From an uncultured Chloroflexia bacterium (GTDB taxonomy: Bacteria; Chloroflexota; Limnocylindria; Limnocylindrales; CSP1-4): a DNA stretch of 64,000 nt. Made by a program: the position numbers and the translations under genes. The stretch lies in assembly GCA_963748625.1 (NCBI GenBank), contig CAVVJT010000004.1, positions 480,001-544,000 of the forward strand. The letters run 5' to 3'. The notes under the pieces were generated by a model that saw only the letters and a program-made list of their open reading frames with translations, was not told the origin of the DNA and did not search any database. Positions 1-9,113 of this stretch are shown piece after piece (position 1 is the stretch's first letter; every line of letters begins with the position of its first letter).

Positions 1-2948
1 ACGTGCCGGACGCAGGAATCGTCCTCCACGGCCGGAAACGTCGTGAGGTCGCGGTGGGCCGGCGTGTAGATGTGCAGGTTCGAGAACGCGATGAGGCGCT
101 CGTCGCGGCTGCGGTAGTGCCAGCGCAGCGGGTCCGACCGGACGAGCGAGTCGGCCACGTCGAGCAGCGAGGCGAACCCGGCGATCAGCGCATCGCCCTC
201 GCCCTCTAGGGGCTCGCCCGCCGTCTCGCGGTCAACCGTGGTCTGCGAGGCGAAGAAGGTGGTCGGCGGAAGCTGGAGGCCGTCGCCCGCCACCACGGCC
301 CGCTTGCCGCGCATCAGCGACGGGATCGCGTCGGCGGGCAAGATCTGTGACGCCTCGTCGAAGATGACGAGATCGAAATACTGCTTGTCGCCCGGCAGGA
401 TCTGGCTCACGAGCAGCGGGCTCATCGCCCAGCACGGCTTCACCGCGGTGAGCACGTCGGGCGCGCGCGTGAACAGCTCACGCACGGAGAGGTGGCGGCT
501 CTTCTTGCGGGCCTCGGCGGCGAGGACGAGGTCCTGCTCGGGGTAGGCGTCGCGGGCGCGCACCGCCCGCTCGGCCCAGGCGCGTTTGACGCGGGTCGTG
601 GTCACGCTGATGTGCTCACGGTCGAGCTGCCGGTACGACGCCGCCTCCGCATCGAGGCGCTCGGCGTCGATCCCGCCCACGGCCGGGTCACGCGCGATCA
701 CCCGCTCCACGACAGCCGCGGCCCACGCACGGTCGAGGGCCTTGCGGGCCGCATCGGCGGCGAGGGGGGTGGCCGCGACCTCACGAACCACCTCGTCCAG
801 CCCGGCGGCGGCGAGCGTCGCCTGGCGGGCGCGCATCTCGGGCAGCTTGCGCAACGTGGGCAGGTCCGCCTCAAGGGCTGCCGCCCACGCGGCGAGCTCG
901 TCGAGCGTGGCCTCCGGGCCCGGCGCCTGCACCACCGCGCCCAGGTTCGCGACCAGCCCCGACACCCGGTCCCATGCTGCTTCAAGCTCTAGGGCTCCGG
1001 CTACGCGGGGCGTGGGGCGGGCAGGGTCGATGGCGGCCCATCGGGCAGCCAGGTTGGCAGCGTCGGCCAGGAGCGCCGCAGCCCGCGCGGGCGTCACCGA
1101 CGCCTCGAGGACAAGGGACTTCGACTCGGCGAGGGCCGACTTGTAGGCGCCGTTGAAGAGGCCTGCGAGCAGCGCGGCCAGGCCACCCTTGCGGGCGGGT
1201 TCCAGCGCAGCCGAGAGCGCGGCGGCACGGGCGAAGGCCGCGTCGTCGAGCAGCGCCGCCTGCCGCTCGCGCGCGGCGAGCACCCCCGCCAGGGCCCCAG
1301 TCGCCGCCACGGTTGCGGGCATCGGGATACCGGCCGCAGCCGCGGCCGCCGACGCCTTCGCCCGCAGCGTCGGCAGGGCGTCCCGCGCGAGGTCCAGCGT
1401 CGCGTCGGACAGACCCTCGACAGCCGCGGCGTCCACGGGACCGGCCCATGCCCAGGGGTTCGCCTCACGCCTGAGCCGCGTGCCACCGAGCGCCATGTAC
1501 CCCCGCAGCTCCTCCTGGAGCTCCGCCAGCCGCGCGTCCGAGATGGCGTCAACGGCAGCCGGCGCAAGGCGCGTCGCGAGAACCGGGGCCTGGGCGTCCG
1601 ACGCGCGACCCAACGCGGCATACAGGCTGACACCCCACGGCGCGCGGACCTCGTTGCTCGCACGATCGTGGGTGACGAGGAGCTCACGCCGGGACGCCAG
1701 GGTCGCCTGCAGGCTGGTGGCGTCCGCAGGCATCGCGCTCCGGGCGGCCGCCAGCGCCTGGTCGAGGTTCTCGGCGAGGCGCCGCCGGGAGGACACGCCG
1801 CCGTGGAGGTCGAGCACGAGGTCGGACAGGCCGATCCGGTCGAGCCGGCCGATGACGGCGTCGATGGCGGCGCGCTTCTCCGCGACGAAGAGGACGCGCA
1901 GGCCCTTGGCGGCGCACGACGCGATGAGGTTGGAGATGGTCTGGCTCTTGCCGGTCCCAGGCGGCCCCTGGATGACCGCGTCAGACCCGCGGATGATGCT
2001 CTCGATCGCCGCCTGCTGGCTGCCGTCCGCGTCGAGCACGAGGAACTCCGCCGACGGCATGAGGCCGTCGAGGCTGCGCGGGTCCACGGTCTGCTTGCGC
2101 CCGCGCACGAGCTGCTGGGCGGCGGCATCACCCGCGATCGCGGCGACCATGTCGTGGGCGACGAGGGCGTCAGCATGGCCGGCGAGGTCCACGACCATCG
2201 GCAGCTTGAGGTAGCTGAAGTTGCCGATCACGTGCCGGTCCAGGATCGCGAAGCCCGGGACTGCGGCGGCGGTCCGCGCGACGGCCGCGACGAGTTGGGC
2301 GGTGTCGGTGGCGACATCATCCTCGTCGGCGGTGATCTCGTCGCGGATCGCGTCGAGGTCCGCCTTGACCCCGAACTGGGCCTCGAGCGCGTAGAACAGG
2401 GTCGGATTGATCTCTGGCGCGGATGCGAGGGTGAGCTCGAAGTCCTCACCGGCGGCACCCGTTGGGACGAGGGCCAGGTGGTTGAGCACGACGGGTGCCT
2501 GCGGGACGGCGACCTGGCCCGCCGGCTGCGTCCAGGTGGCCATCGCCGACGCGAGGAACAGTGTCTCGACGCCACGCTCCTCGAGGTTCTCCTTCGCCTT
2601 GTCGCGGATCTTGCGGCAGCGTCGGGCGGCGTCCCTGAGGACCGCCGGGTCCGGGTAGAGCGCGCTCAGGCGGGTCCTGGAGCCCACGAGCAGGGCGGCC
2701 ACCGCAGCGGGATCCGCGATGCCGAGATCGAGCGTGCCGACGGTCAGGTCGCGGTAGTAGAGGAGGCCGTTGCGGCCGGACAGGTCGATGAGCTGGTCGG
2801 TCCACAAGCGTGCCGCCCGCTCCACGAGGGTGCCCCGTGTGGCGGCCGGGTCCGCAACCGCCGCCCCCGCGGCTGGGAGGGTCGGCGCGGTCGGCCCCGT
2901 GGTCATGGGCGCCGGCGGCTGCGGGCTCGGCTCCTGCGGTGCGGTCAT
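1..2948 (-). CDS. DUF4011-domain superfamily-1 helicase (Upf1/Dna2-like; HheA-like architecture), 3'-truncated by window edge
   Basis: Absent from the ORF track because it has no stop in the window. Read from ATG 2948: WTDQLIDLSGRNGLLYY (DUF4011 start), IQGPPGTGKSQTISNLIA..VLFVAEKRAAIDAV (Walker A, ~1970), PCWAMSPLLVSQILP..FDLVIFDEASQI (~350-440), LRWHYRSRDERLIAFSN. Walker A and the PCWAMSP block were checked as in frame with the ATG. Confidence 0.9.
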   Translation of the reverse strand, partial: MTAPQEPSPQPPAPMTTGPTAPTLPAAGAAVADPAATRGTLVERAARLWTDQLIDLSGRNGLLYYRDLTVGTLDLGIADPAAVAALLVGSRTRLSALYPDPAVLRDAARRCRKIRDKAKENLEERGVETLFLASAMATWTQPAGQVAVPQAPVVLNHLALVPTGAAGEDFELTLASAPEINPTLFYALEAQFGVKADLDAIRDEITADEDDVATDTAQLVAAVARTAAAVPGFAILDRHVIGNFSYLKLPMVVDLAGHADALVAHDMVAAIAGDAAAQQLVRGRKQTVDPRSLDGLMPSAEFLVLDADGSQQAAIESIIRGSDAVIQGPPGTGKSQTISNLIASCAAKGLRVLFVAEKRAAIDAVIGRLDRIGLSDLVLDLHGGVSSRRRLAENLDQALAAARSAMPADATSLQATLASRRELLVTHDRASNEVRAPWGVSLYAALGRASDAQAPVLATRLAPAAVDAISDARLAELQEELRGYMALGGTRLRREANPWAWAGPVDAAAVEGLSDATLDLARDALPTLRAKASAAAAAAGIPMPATVAATGALAGVLAARERQAALLDDAAFARAAALSAALEPARKGGLAALLAGLFNGAYKSALAESKSLVLEASVTPARAAALLADAANLAARWAAIDPARPTPRVAGALELEAAWDRVSGLVANLGAVVQAPGPEATLDELAAWAAALEADLPTLRKLPEMRARQATLAAAGLDEVVREVAATPLAADAARKALDRAWAAAVVERVIARDPAVGGIDAERLDAEAASYRQLDREHISVTTTRVKRAWAERAVRARDAYPEQDLVLAAEARKKSRHLSVRELFTRAPDVLTAVKPCWAMSPLLVSQILPGDKQYFDLVIFDEASQILPADAIPSLMRGKRAVVAGDGLQLPPTTFFASQTTVDRETAGEPLEGEGDALIAGFASLLDVADSLVRSDPLRWHYRSRDERLIAFSNLHIYTPAHRDLTTFPAVEDDSCVRH

Positions 2949-2961
2949 GGGGTCGCCATCC

Positions 2962-4812
2962 TCAATCGAGGCTGGCGGTGCGGACGTGGGCGTGCGCACC
3001 GATGAAGCCCACGTGGATCTTGCCCGTGGCCCCCTTCACATCGTCATGGAAGTACAGCCGCGGCGTGAGGCGGCCCCCGCTCTCCGCGATCTTGCAGTGG
3101 GCGAGCATCTCGATCTCGCCCGACGGGTCCACCGCGGTGTCCACCTTGAACACGCGGTCCGCCCGGTACTCCCGCAGCACCGTGTCGCTCTCGTACATCG
3201 CGAGGTTGCGCGTGGTGGCGGGCCAGGCGAAGGGATGGCCGGAGTTCTCGCACCACTCCCAGAACCCGCCGTGGCCGTTGGCGGCGTGGGCGTAGGCCTC
3301 GAGCGCCCGCAGCGCCCGCCACGTTGCGCGGCCCCACGCGATGTGGCTCGGGGTGTGGTCGATCTCGTCGATGAGCTCGGTGGCGCTCGGCGGAACCACG
3401 ACGTGGCAGAGGTGCTCGCGCGCGACCCGCACGGCGTCGCTTGGCTTCTCGATCGCGTCGATCGCGTCGTCGCCAACACCCTCGTCGGGGGTGGCGAGCT
3501 CCTGCTCGGCCTGCGCGCGGGCGATCCGGACAAGGTGGGCGTCCAGCTCCTCGATCACCTTGGCATACGTCGCCGGCCGGCCCGCCGCTGCTGGCAGGCG
3601 TGCAGCGACCGGCTCGAGGACCTCGCGCAGCTTGAGGCTGCTGGGCGGGAGTCCACCCACCACCAGGGCGTCGATCGTCTCGACCAGCTTGTCGGCGTCC
3701 CGCGCGGAGCTCCTGCCCTCGCGCAGCTGGCGGACGAGGTAGTTCAGCTGCTGGTACCGCTTGCGCAGGGCGGCATCACGAGCCGCTCGGTCCTTGAGGC
3801 GGGCCAGGCCGCGATGGACGGGCTCCATAACCTCCGCGAGGTGCCCGGGATCCAGCGGATCGTCGAGGCGCATGTGCCGCGGCACGAAGATCCTCTCGCC
3901 CTTGGTGACGGTGTTGAGCCATGCGAAGGCCGCCGCCTGCTCATCATCGGGCATGGTACGCAGGGCTCCGGTCGCGATCCGCAGGGCGGACTGGACGGCC
4001 GCGAGATCCTTCACGGCCTCGGCGCGCCGGAGGCGGTCCGCCGGCTCGTAGTGGTGCAGCAGGACGATCATCTCGCAGCAGTCCGCGAGCGCATCGAGGC
4101 ACTCGGCGAAGGTGGTGACGGCATCCGCGTCCGGGTGCAGGAGGTCGGTCATCCACACCGCGGCCCCCTCCGAGCGCGCACGGTGGACGTGGCTCTCGTC
4201 AAGCGGACGCCCGGACCGGGCACGCTCCGCCACATCCCGGGCGACGCTGGCGCGCAGGCGGGCGCGGGTGACGATGCCGGGCAGGACGGCATCGGGATCA
4301 CCGGGCTCGTCGATGCGCCCGGGCGGCTGCTCGAGCGCGGCGATCGCCTCCGCGCCGGTCCCGCCGAACAAGGCTTCGACCATGGAGCCGCGCTCGGAGG
4401 CCTGGATCTCGCGCATCGCCCCCTCGACGAGCGAGAGGAACGTGGAGCGGTCCATCGGCACCGACTCGCGATCGGTCCGGCGGCGCATGGGCGCCTCGTC
4501 GGGCTGGCCGTCGGGCTGGCGGTCCGGCTCCGCGGGTGTGGCCTCGGCCCCGAGAACGTCGACCGTCCCCTCGCCCTCCTCGGGCGTGAGCAAACCCAGG
4601 ACCTGGTTCTCGGGCAGCGGGACGATCGCCTGGGCGACCTCCTGGGCGACCTCGAGCACAAGCTCGGCAGCCGCGGACTGGCGGTCGAGCGCCTCCACGA
4701 TGCCGCGGGCCAGCACCTCGAGGCCGGGCCGGAGTGCCTCATCCGCGAGGGCGAGCTCCACCAGGCGCTCGAGGGCACGGCCGATCGCCACCTGGCGCTC
4801 GAGCTCGCTCAT
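2962..4812 (-). CDS. Hypothetical 616-aa protein, helical N-part, C-terminal RelE/BECR-like putative nuclease domain
   Basis: Long ORF with normal codon usage; C-terminus ESDTV..RVFKVDTAVDPSGEIEMLAHCKI..PRLYFHDD..TGKIHVGFIGAH; stop 13 nt before helicase ATG. Confidence 0.75.
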   Translation of the reverse strand: MSELERQVAIGRALERLVELALADEALRPGLEVLARGIVEALDRQSAAAELVLEVAQEVAQAIVPLPENQVLGLLTPEEGEGTVDVLGAEATPAEPDRQPDGQPDEAPMRRRTDRESVPMDRSTFLSLVEGAMREIQASERGSMVEALFGGTGAEAIAALEQPPGRIDEPGDPDAVLPGIVTRARLRASVARDVAERARSGRPLDESHVHRARSEGAAVWMTDLLHPDADAVTTFAECLDALADCCEMIVLLHHYEPADRLRRAEAVKDLAAVQSALRIATGALRTMPDDEQAAAFAWLNTVTKGERIFVPRHMRLDDPLDPGHLAEVMEPVHRGLARLKDRAARDAALRKRYQQLNYLVRQLREGRSSARDADKLVETIDALVVGGLPPSSLKLREVLEPVAARLPAAAGRPATYAKVIEELDAHLVRIARAQAEQELATPDEGVGDDAIDAIEKPSDAVRVAREHLCHVVVPPSATELIDEIDHTPSHIAWGRATWRALRALEAYAHAANGHGGFWEWCENSGHPFAWPATTRNLAMYESDTVLREYRADRVFKVDTAVDPSGEIEMLAHCKIAESGGRLTPRLYFHDDVKGATGKIHVGFIGAHAHVRTASLD

Positions 4813-4976
4813 CGGTCACCCCCTGTGTCATCGGCCGCTGGGTGCAAGTGTGCCGGGGTCGACGGATGCGTGCAGCCCCGTCCGACCGCAATGGGTTGCG
4901 CAAACTGCCTGAACGGGCAGCCGCTCACGAAGTAGAGTCCTCGGCACCCGAGCGAGCGTGAGGTGAGGAGGCGTCC

Positions 4977-6050
4977 ATGTTCTGGCCCTGCCGTGAGATC
5001 GGTCCGAACGGGGAGCTTTGCGCCCTGGATGCCGGGCACGAGGGCCAGCACATGCCGAGACCCGCGGCGGTCGCCCCGCCGCCGGTCGCCCCAGCGCCGG
5101 TCGCCCCGCCGCCATCGGTTGCCCCTCCGCCGGCGGCCCCGCCGCCGCCTGCGTACCAGGCGCCCCAGCCCCCCGCGTTCCCCGTGGCCGGTGCCGTGAC
5201 GGGCACGCCATGGAGCGGCCCGGCCCCAGCAGGCCGCGGCAAGGGTCCCATCGTGGCGATCGGCCTCGGACTCGTCGCTGTGCTCGTGATCGGTGTCGTC
5301 GGCTTCGCGATGCTGGGCGACAGCGCAGCAGGTGACGGGGATGCGTCGGCAGACCCATCCCGGCCCGCGGTGGCCCTGCCCGGGGCGTCGGCCCTGCCCG
5401 GCGCGTCGGCCCAGGCCGGGGCCAGCGAGGATCCCGGTACACCCGGCCCGGCGCCGTCCACCGCCGTCCGCCCTATCGGCCTGCCGGGGGCCACGGGCGC
5501 GCCGACCTCGACCGCCGCGCCCTCGACGCCGGCGCCTCTGTCGACCACGTCACCGGTGCTGGGCGCCACGGCGCCGCCGACGCCCGCCCCAACCCCCAAG
5601 CCCCTCGGGTTCGGCACGCTGTCCTACTCGGGCTCGGCCTGCTTCGAGGTGGACTGGAAGGATGCGAAGGGCCGCCAGATCTCCGGTGCCGAGGCACGCT
5701 ACGCGATCACCGTCAAGAACAAGACCGGCGCCCGGACCCGCAACATCTGGATCGGCGTCCAGACGACGGACCAGTTCACCACCGACCCGCTCATCTCGTC
5801 GGCAAGCTGGAGCAAGCGGCCCAAGACGCTGGCGGACCAGACGACCCTCATCATCGCCGGGCCGCGGCTCGACACTGGCTCGACCCGGCTCAAGTGGCGC
5901 GTCTTCTACCAGACCCCGATCGACGTCCACACGCAGATCTGGATCGCACAGGGCCCCAATCCCTCGAAGGGCACCATGACCCTCGAGGAGATCAAGGCTG
6001 CCTCACCATTCGTGTGGGACGTCAAGACCAACGTGAAGGTCTGCTACTGA
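4977..6050 (+). CDS. Membrane-anchored protein: N-terminal Cys2His2-like motif, Pro-rich linker, TM, beta-rich ectodomain
   Basis: RBS gaggagg upstream; CREIGPNGELCALDAGHEGQH; TM IVAIGLGLVAVLVIGVVGFAML. Confidence 0.75.
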   Translation: MFWPCREIGPNGELCALDAGHEGQHMPRPAAVAPPPVAPAPVAPPPSVAPPPAAPPPPAYQAPQPPAFPVAGAVTGTPWSGPAPAGRGKGPIVAIGLGLVAVLVIGVVGFAMLGDSAAGDGDASADPSRPAVALPGASALPGASAQAGASEDPGTPGPAPSTAVRPIGLPGATGAPTSTAAPSTPAPLSTTSPVLGATAPPTPAPTPKPLGFGTLSYSGSACFEVDWKDAKGRQISGAEARYAITVKNKTGARTRNIWIGVQTTDQFTTDPLISSASWSKRPKTLADQTTLIIAGPRLDTGSTRLKWRVFYQTPIDVHTQIWIAQGPNPSKGTMTLEEIKAASPFVWDVKTNVKVCY

Positions 6051-6081
6051 GCGTGCCGGTCCCGGAGACCTCCATCCGCGT

Positions 6082-6125
6082 TGCCACTCCGGGCATCGCC
6101 AACCCGCGATATGCCCGGAGTGGCA
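6082..6125. terminator. 15-bp perfect inverted repeat (terminator- or REP-like hairpin)
   Basis: tgccactccgggcat (6082-6096) / atgcccggagtggca (6111-6125); no U-tract. Confidence 0.5.
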
Positions 6126-6135
6126 TACGAACCGC

Positions 6136-6199
6136 CAGAGCGCGGGAGACCGCGGAGCGGCAGAGCGCGGGAGACCGCGGAGCGGCGGCGCGGGAGACC
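6136..6199 (+). repeat. 25-bp tandem direct repeat (2 copies plus a partial third)
   Basis: cagagcgcgggagaccgcggagcgg at 6136 and 6161; partial gcgcgggagacc after. Confidence 0.85.
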
Positions 6200-6216
6200 C
6201 GCCCCTGGCAAGGAGC

Positions 6217-6825
6217 ATGACAATGTCGGAGCACCCCGTCCACGCCTCCCCGGGCGACGGCCACCAGCACGTCGGGTCGTACGCCGATGCCGTCCGGGCC
6301 TACCGCGACAGCAAGGACGAGGCATTCCGCTCACGCCGCGACAGCCCGATCCCCGAGCCCCAGCGCGCATCGTTCACCGGACTCGCCTACTACCCGGTGG
6401 ATGAGGACCTGGTGTTCGAGGACCTGGTGCTGGAGCCATACCCGGACCCCGACACCGCCCACTTCGAGATCCTCACGACGGATGGCCGCACCCGGCTCGC
6501 CGAGCGGGCCGGACGCTTCCGCTTCCAGCTCGATGGTGGTGAGCGCGTGCTCACCGCCTACCGCCTGGCCGACGCCTCAGGCGCGCTGGCAGAGGACCTG
6601 TTCGTCCCGTTCCAGGACGCCACGACGGGTGTCGAGACGTACGGCGCAGGCCGGTACCTCGACGTGCAGGCCGAGGACGACGGGGCCTGGACGATCGACT
6701 TCAACATGGCGTACCACCCGCTGTGCGTGTACGACATGCGGTACTCGTGCCCGATCACGCCGGCCGAGAACCGGCTGCCAGTGCGGGTCGAGGCAGGCGA
6801 GCGCCTGGGTGACGTCGGCCACTGA
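6217..6825 (+). CDS. DUF1684 family protein
   Basis: FTGLAYYPVD, LFVPFQDATTGVETYGAGRYLD, IDFNMAYHPLCVY..YSCPITPAENRL; RBS aaggag. Confidence 0.93.
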   Translation: MTMSEHPVHASPGDGHQHVGSYADAVRAYRDSKDEAFRSRRDSPIPEPQRASFTGLAYYPVDEDLVFEDLVLEPYPDPDTAHFEILTTDGRTRLAERAGRFRFQLDGGERVLTAYRLADASGALAEDLFVPFQDATTGVETYGAGRYLDVQAEDDGAWTIDFNMAYHPLCVYDMRYSCPITPAENRLPVRVEAGERLGDVGH

Positions 6826-6837
6826 GGCCGCTGCCAC

Positions 6838-7494
6838 TCAGATCCGGGTGTGGATGAAGGTGGTGAACGGATCACCGAGTGCGTGCAGGCGGGTGATGCG
6901 GATGTCCTGGCGCGGGTTGAGGGCGCTGATGACGTAGCCCCTGCCGATGTAGATGGCGGCGTGGCGGCCGTTCCCGTAGATCACGACATCGCCGATCTGC
7001 GGGTTGCGCCGGCTGGTCAGCCCGTGCAGGCGGCCCCAGTACAGCATCCCGCGGGCGCTGTGCCCGCCGCCGATCCTCCTGCCGACGCCAGCCTTGTTGT
7101 ATGCGTAGCGGACGAGTCCGGAGCAGTCGAAGGCATTCGGGCCCACCGCACCGCTCACGTACCGGTCCCACCGCTGGCGCAGGGCGATCTTCTTGACGAT
7201 GCTGCCGCGGTCGACCGGCCTGGGGGCGACGACGGCTGAAGTGGACAGGGCCGTCGTGGCGCTGGGCGCCGGGGTCGCGCTGGGCGCGGGTGTGGCCGTG
7301 GCTGCCGGACTCGCCGACGGATCAGCGGTCGGGGCAGGCGACTCGGACGGGGCCGGAGTCTGCGACGGCGACGGCGACTCGGACGGGGCTGGAGTCGGGT
7401 CGGTTGCTGTGACAGGTGCAGCGCCGGCACCGATGCCGGCGAGCGCGATGGTGGTGGCGAGGCCAATGGCCACAATGCCGTTTGTTACCCGCAA
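6838..7494 (-). CDS. Secreted NlpC/P60 (C40) cell-wall peptidase with Pro/Ser/Thr linker
   Basis: TTG start after agagagg RBS; signal peptide; GPNAFDCSGLV, GDVVIYGNGRHAAIYIG. Confidence 0.9.
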   Translation of the reverse strand: MRVTNGIVAIGLATTIALAGIGAGAAPVTATDPTPAPSESPSPSQTPAPSESPAPTADPSASPAATATPAPSATPAPSATTALSTSAVVAPRPVDRGSIVKKIALRQRWDRYVSGAVGPNAFDCSGLVRYAYNKAGVGRRIGGGHSARGMLYWGRLHGLTSRRNPQIGDVVIYGNGRHAAIYIGRGYVISALNPRQDIRITRLHALGDPFTTFIHTRI

Positions 7495-7569
7495 GTTGTT
7501 CCTCTCTACCCGGACATGGCGAGATGACGGCCATGGCGATGGGACAGGCCGGCCCGGACAGGAGGTGGG

Positions 7570-7685
7570 AAGCACGTCCAGTCCCCCGACGGAGACGCGC
7601 AGGAACGATCGACAGCTTGGCCGACCGCACGGCAGGAAGCCCTGCCGGGCTGGCGATATGAAGCTGGAATCCCTGACGTGTGCTT
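7570..7685 (-). ncRNA. Candidate structured 5' leader of the NlpC/P60 gene (family not identified)
   Basis: Nested helices CACGUC/GACGUG, CAGGGAU/GUUCCUG, CAGCUU/AAGCUG, CGGCAGG/CCUGCCG, GUCUCC/GGGGAC, downstream of extended -10 TGGTACGGT (7707-7699). Confidence 0.45.
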
Positions 7686-7851
7686 GGTTGCGGCGCGTAC
7701 CGTACCAGCGATCCGCGGATCGTGCGAGGTCGGTGCAGACCCGGGTCACCGCGATCCGCAGATCCGGTGACCGCCAGACCTGCGGCTCCTAGTGTCCCGA
7801 TTCGCTGGTCGCTGGCGGCGTGCGGACCGCCGCTCCGGGTCCTGTCTCCGT

Positions 7852-8122
7852 CCGGGTCCTGGCGCCGTCCGGCGGCGCGCCGGACGGCCACACCGTGCGG
7901 CCGGAGCGCTCGATGCGCGGCTGGTGCGCAGGTCGTGCCCTCGGGACCCTGGCGGAGCGCACGGGCGGAGCCCGGGGCGCACATCCCGCGACGTCACCGC
8001 TCCGTGTGCGCGCCGGGCGCGCACGGCAGCAGCCGTCGTGGGCGACGCCCGGTGATGCCGCTTCCGATCAGCGGCACGGGAACGGAGGGGTATCCGCCAG
8101 CCATTGGCGGCACGCGACACTA
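7852..8122. repeat. Dispersed structured intergenic element, copy 1
   Basis: 7852-8073 aligns without gaps to 49062-49283 (30 mismatches in 222 by hand count); short distal block tggcggcacg.gacact also shared. Confidence 0.9.
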
Positions 8123-9091
8123 GTCGACCTGGATCGACTCGACGATCCCGCCCAAGGCCTCCACGTTCGCGTCGTACTCGTCTCCGGCCACGCCGACCGT
8201 CTCGAGCACCAGCGTGCCCTGGTCGCCGCGGTCGATCACCACGACGACCTGGAGGACGCCCTTCTCGTAGAACCCCTCGCCCGTGTTCTCCAGCTCCCAG
8301 ACCGACGCATTCCGGTCGCCAAACGTGCCCGACTCGCTCTGCAGGACCGTGTACACCGTGGCCGTCTCGAAGTCGCCAGCCACCTCGGAGAACGGGCGTG
8401 GGTCCTCGTAGACGAGCACTGCGACAGGGGGCAGCTCGGTCTGCGGCTCGATGACGATCGGGTCGGGATCGAACAGCATGCAGGCGAAGGCAGGGTCGTC
8501 CTCGACAGTGTGCCAACCCTGGGGGTAGGTCACCGTGATGCCTGCCAGGTCCGAACGGCACACCTGGCCTGCGGGCGCGTCCGACGGGGCCTCGGTCGGC
8601 ACCTCGAACGCCGTGGGAGTCGGGGTCGGAACGATGGGCGCGAACGTGACGATGGCGGTTGTCGGCGCCGTGGTCGGCGAGGCCCCGGGCGTCGTGGCCG
8701 GGCCATCCGTCGCCCGGGCGGATGCCACCGCGACCGCGCTGGGTGACGCCGGACCACCGCCTCGGAACGGGTTGGCAACCACGAACGCCAGGGCGACGAC
8801 CGCGACGACGGCCACGATGAGCCCGACAACGACGAGCGGGCCACGGCCCCGACCATCGGCGGGCTGCGGAGGAGGACTCCACCCCTGCGCCGGGACATGC
8901 ACCGGCGGAGGAGCAGGTTGGAGTGACACCGGAGGCGGACCCCAGCCCGGGCCGCCGACCGGAGGTGCAGGCGGTGGGGCGGCCGGTGCAGGCGCGATGG
9001 GTCCCACCGGCGCCCCGCAGACCTCGCAGAACCGCTGGCCCGCGATCGTGGCGGAGTGGCCGTTGGCACAGGCGTAGCCGGGTCCTGTCAT
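8120..9091 (-). CDS. Zinc-ribbon / Pro-rich / TM protein with PsbP-like ectodomain
   Basis: CANGH..QRFCEVCGAP; TM PLVVVGLIVAVVAVVALAFVV; GITVTYPQGW motif. Confidence 0.75.
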   Translation of the reverse strand: MTGPGYACANGHSATIAGQRFCEVCGAPVGPIAPAPAAPPPAPPVGGPGWGPPPVSLQPAPPPVHVPAQGWSPPPQPADGRGRGPLVVVGLIVAVVAVVALAFVVANPFRGGGPASPSAVAVASARATDGPATTPGASPTTAPTTAIVTFAPIVPTPTPTAFEVPTEAPSDAPAGQVCRSDLAGITVTYPQGWHTVEDDPAFACMLFDPDPIVIEPQTELPPVAVLVYEDPRPFSEVAGDFETATVYTVLQSESGTFGDRNASVWELENTGEGFYEKGVLQVVVVIDRGDQGTLVLETVGVAGDEYDANVEALGGIVESIQVD

Positions 9092-9113
9092 CTGGATCTC
9101 CAGCGGACTGGCG

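Noticed and set aside
7500-7700. c-di-AMP (ydaO) riboswitch
   Set aside because: Expected from context, but its conserved blocks are not found.
7820-8100. Protein coding within the 222-bp repeat (similar peptides in ORFs 7820-8746 and 48871-49302)
   Set aside because: No shared start, RBS or stop and no recognisable domain. Several third-position changes mean it cannot be fully excluded.
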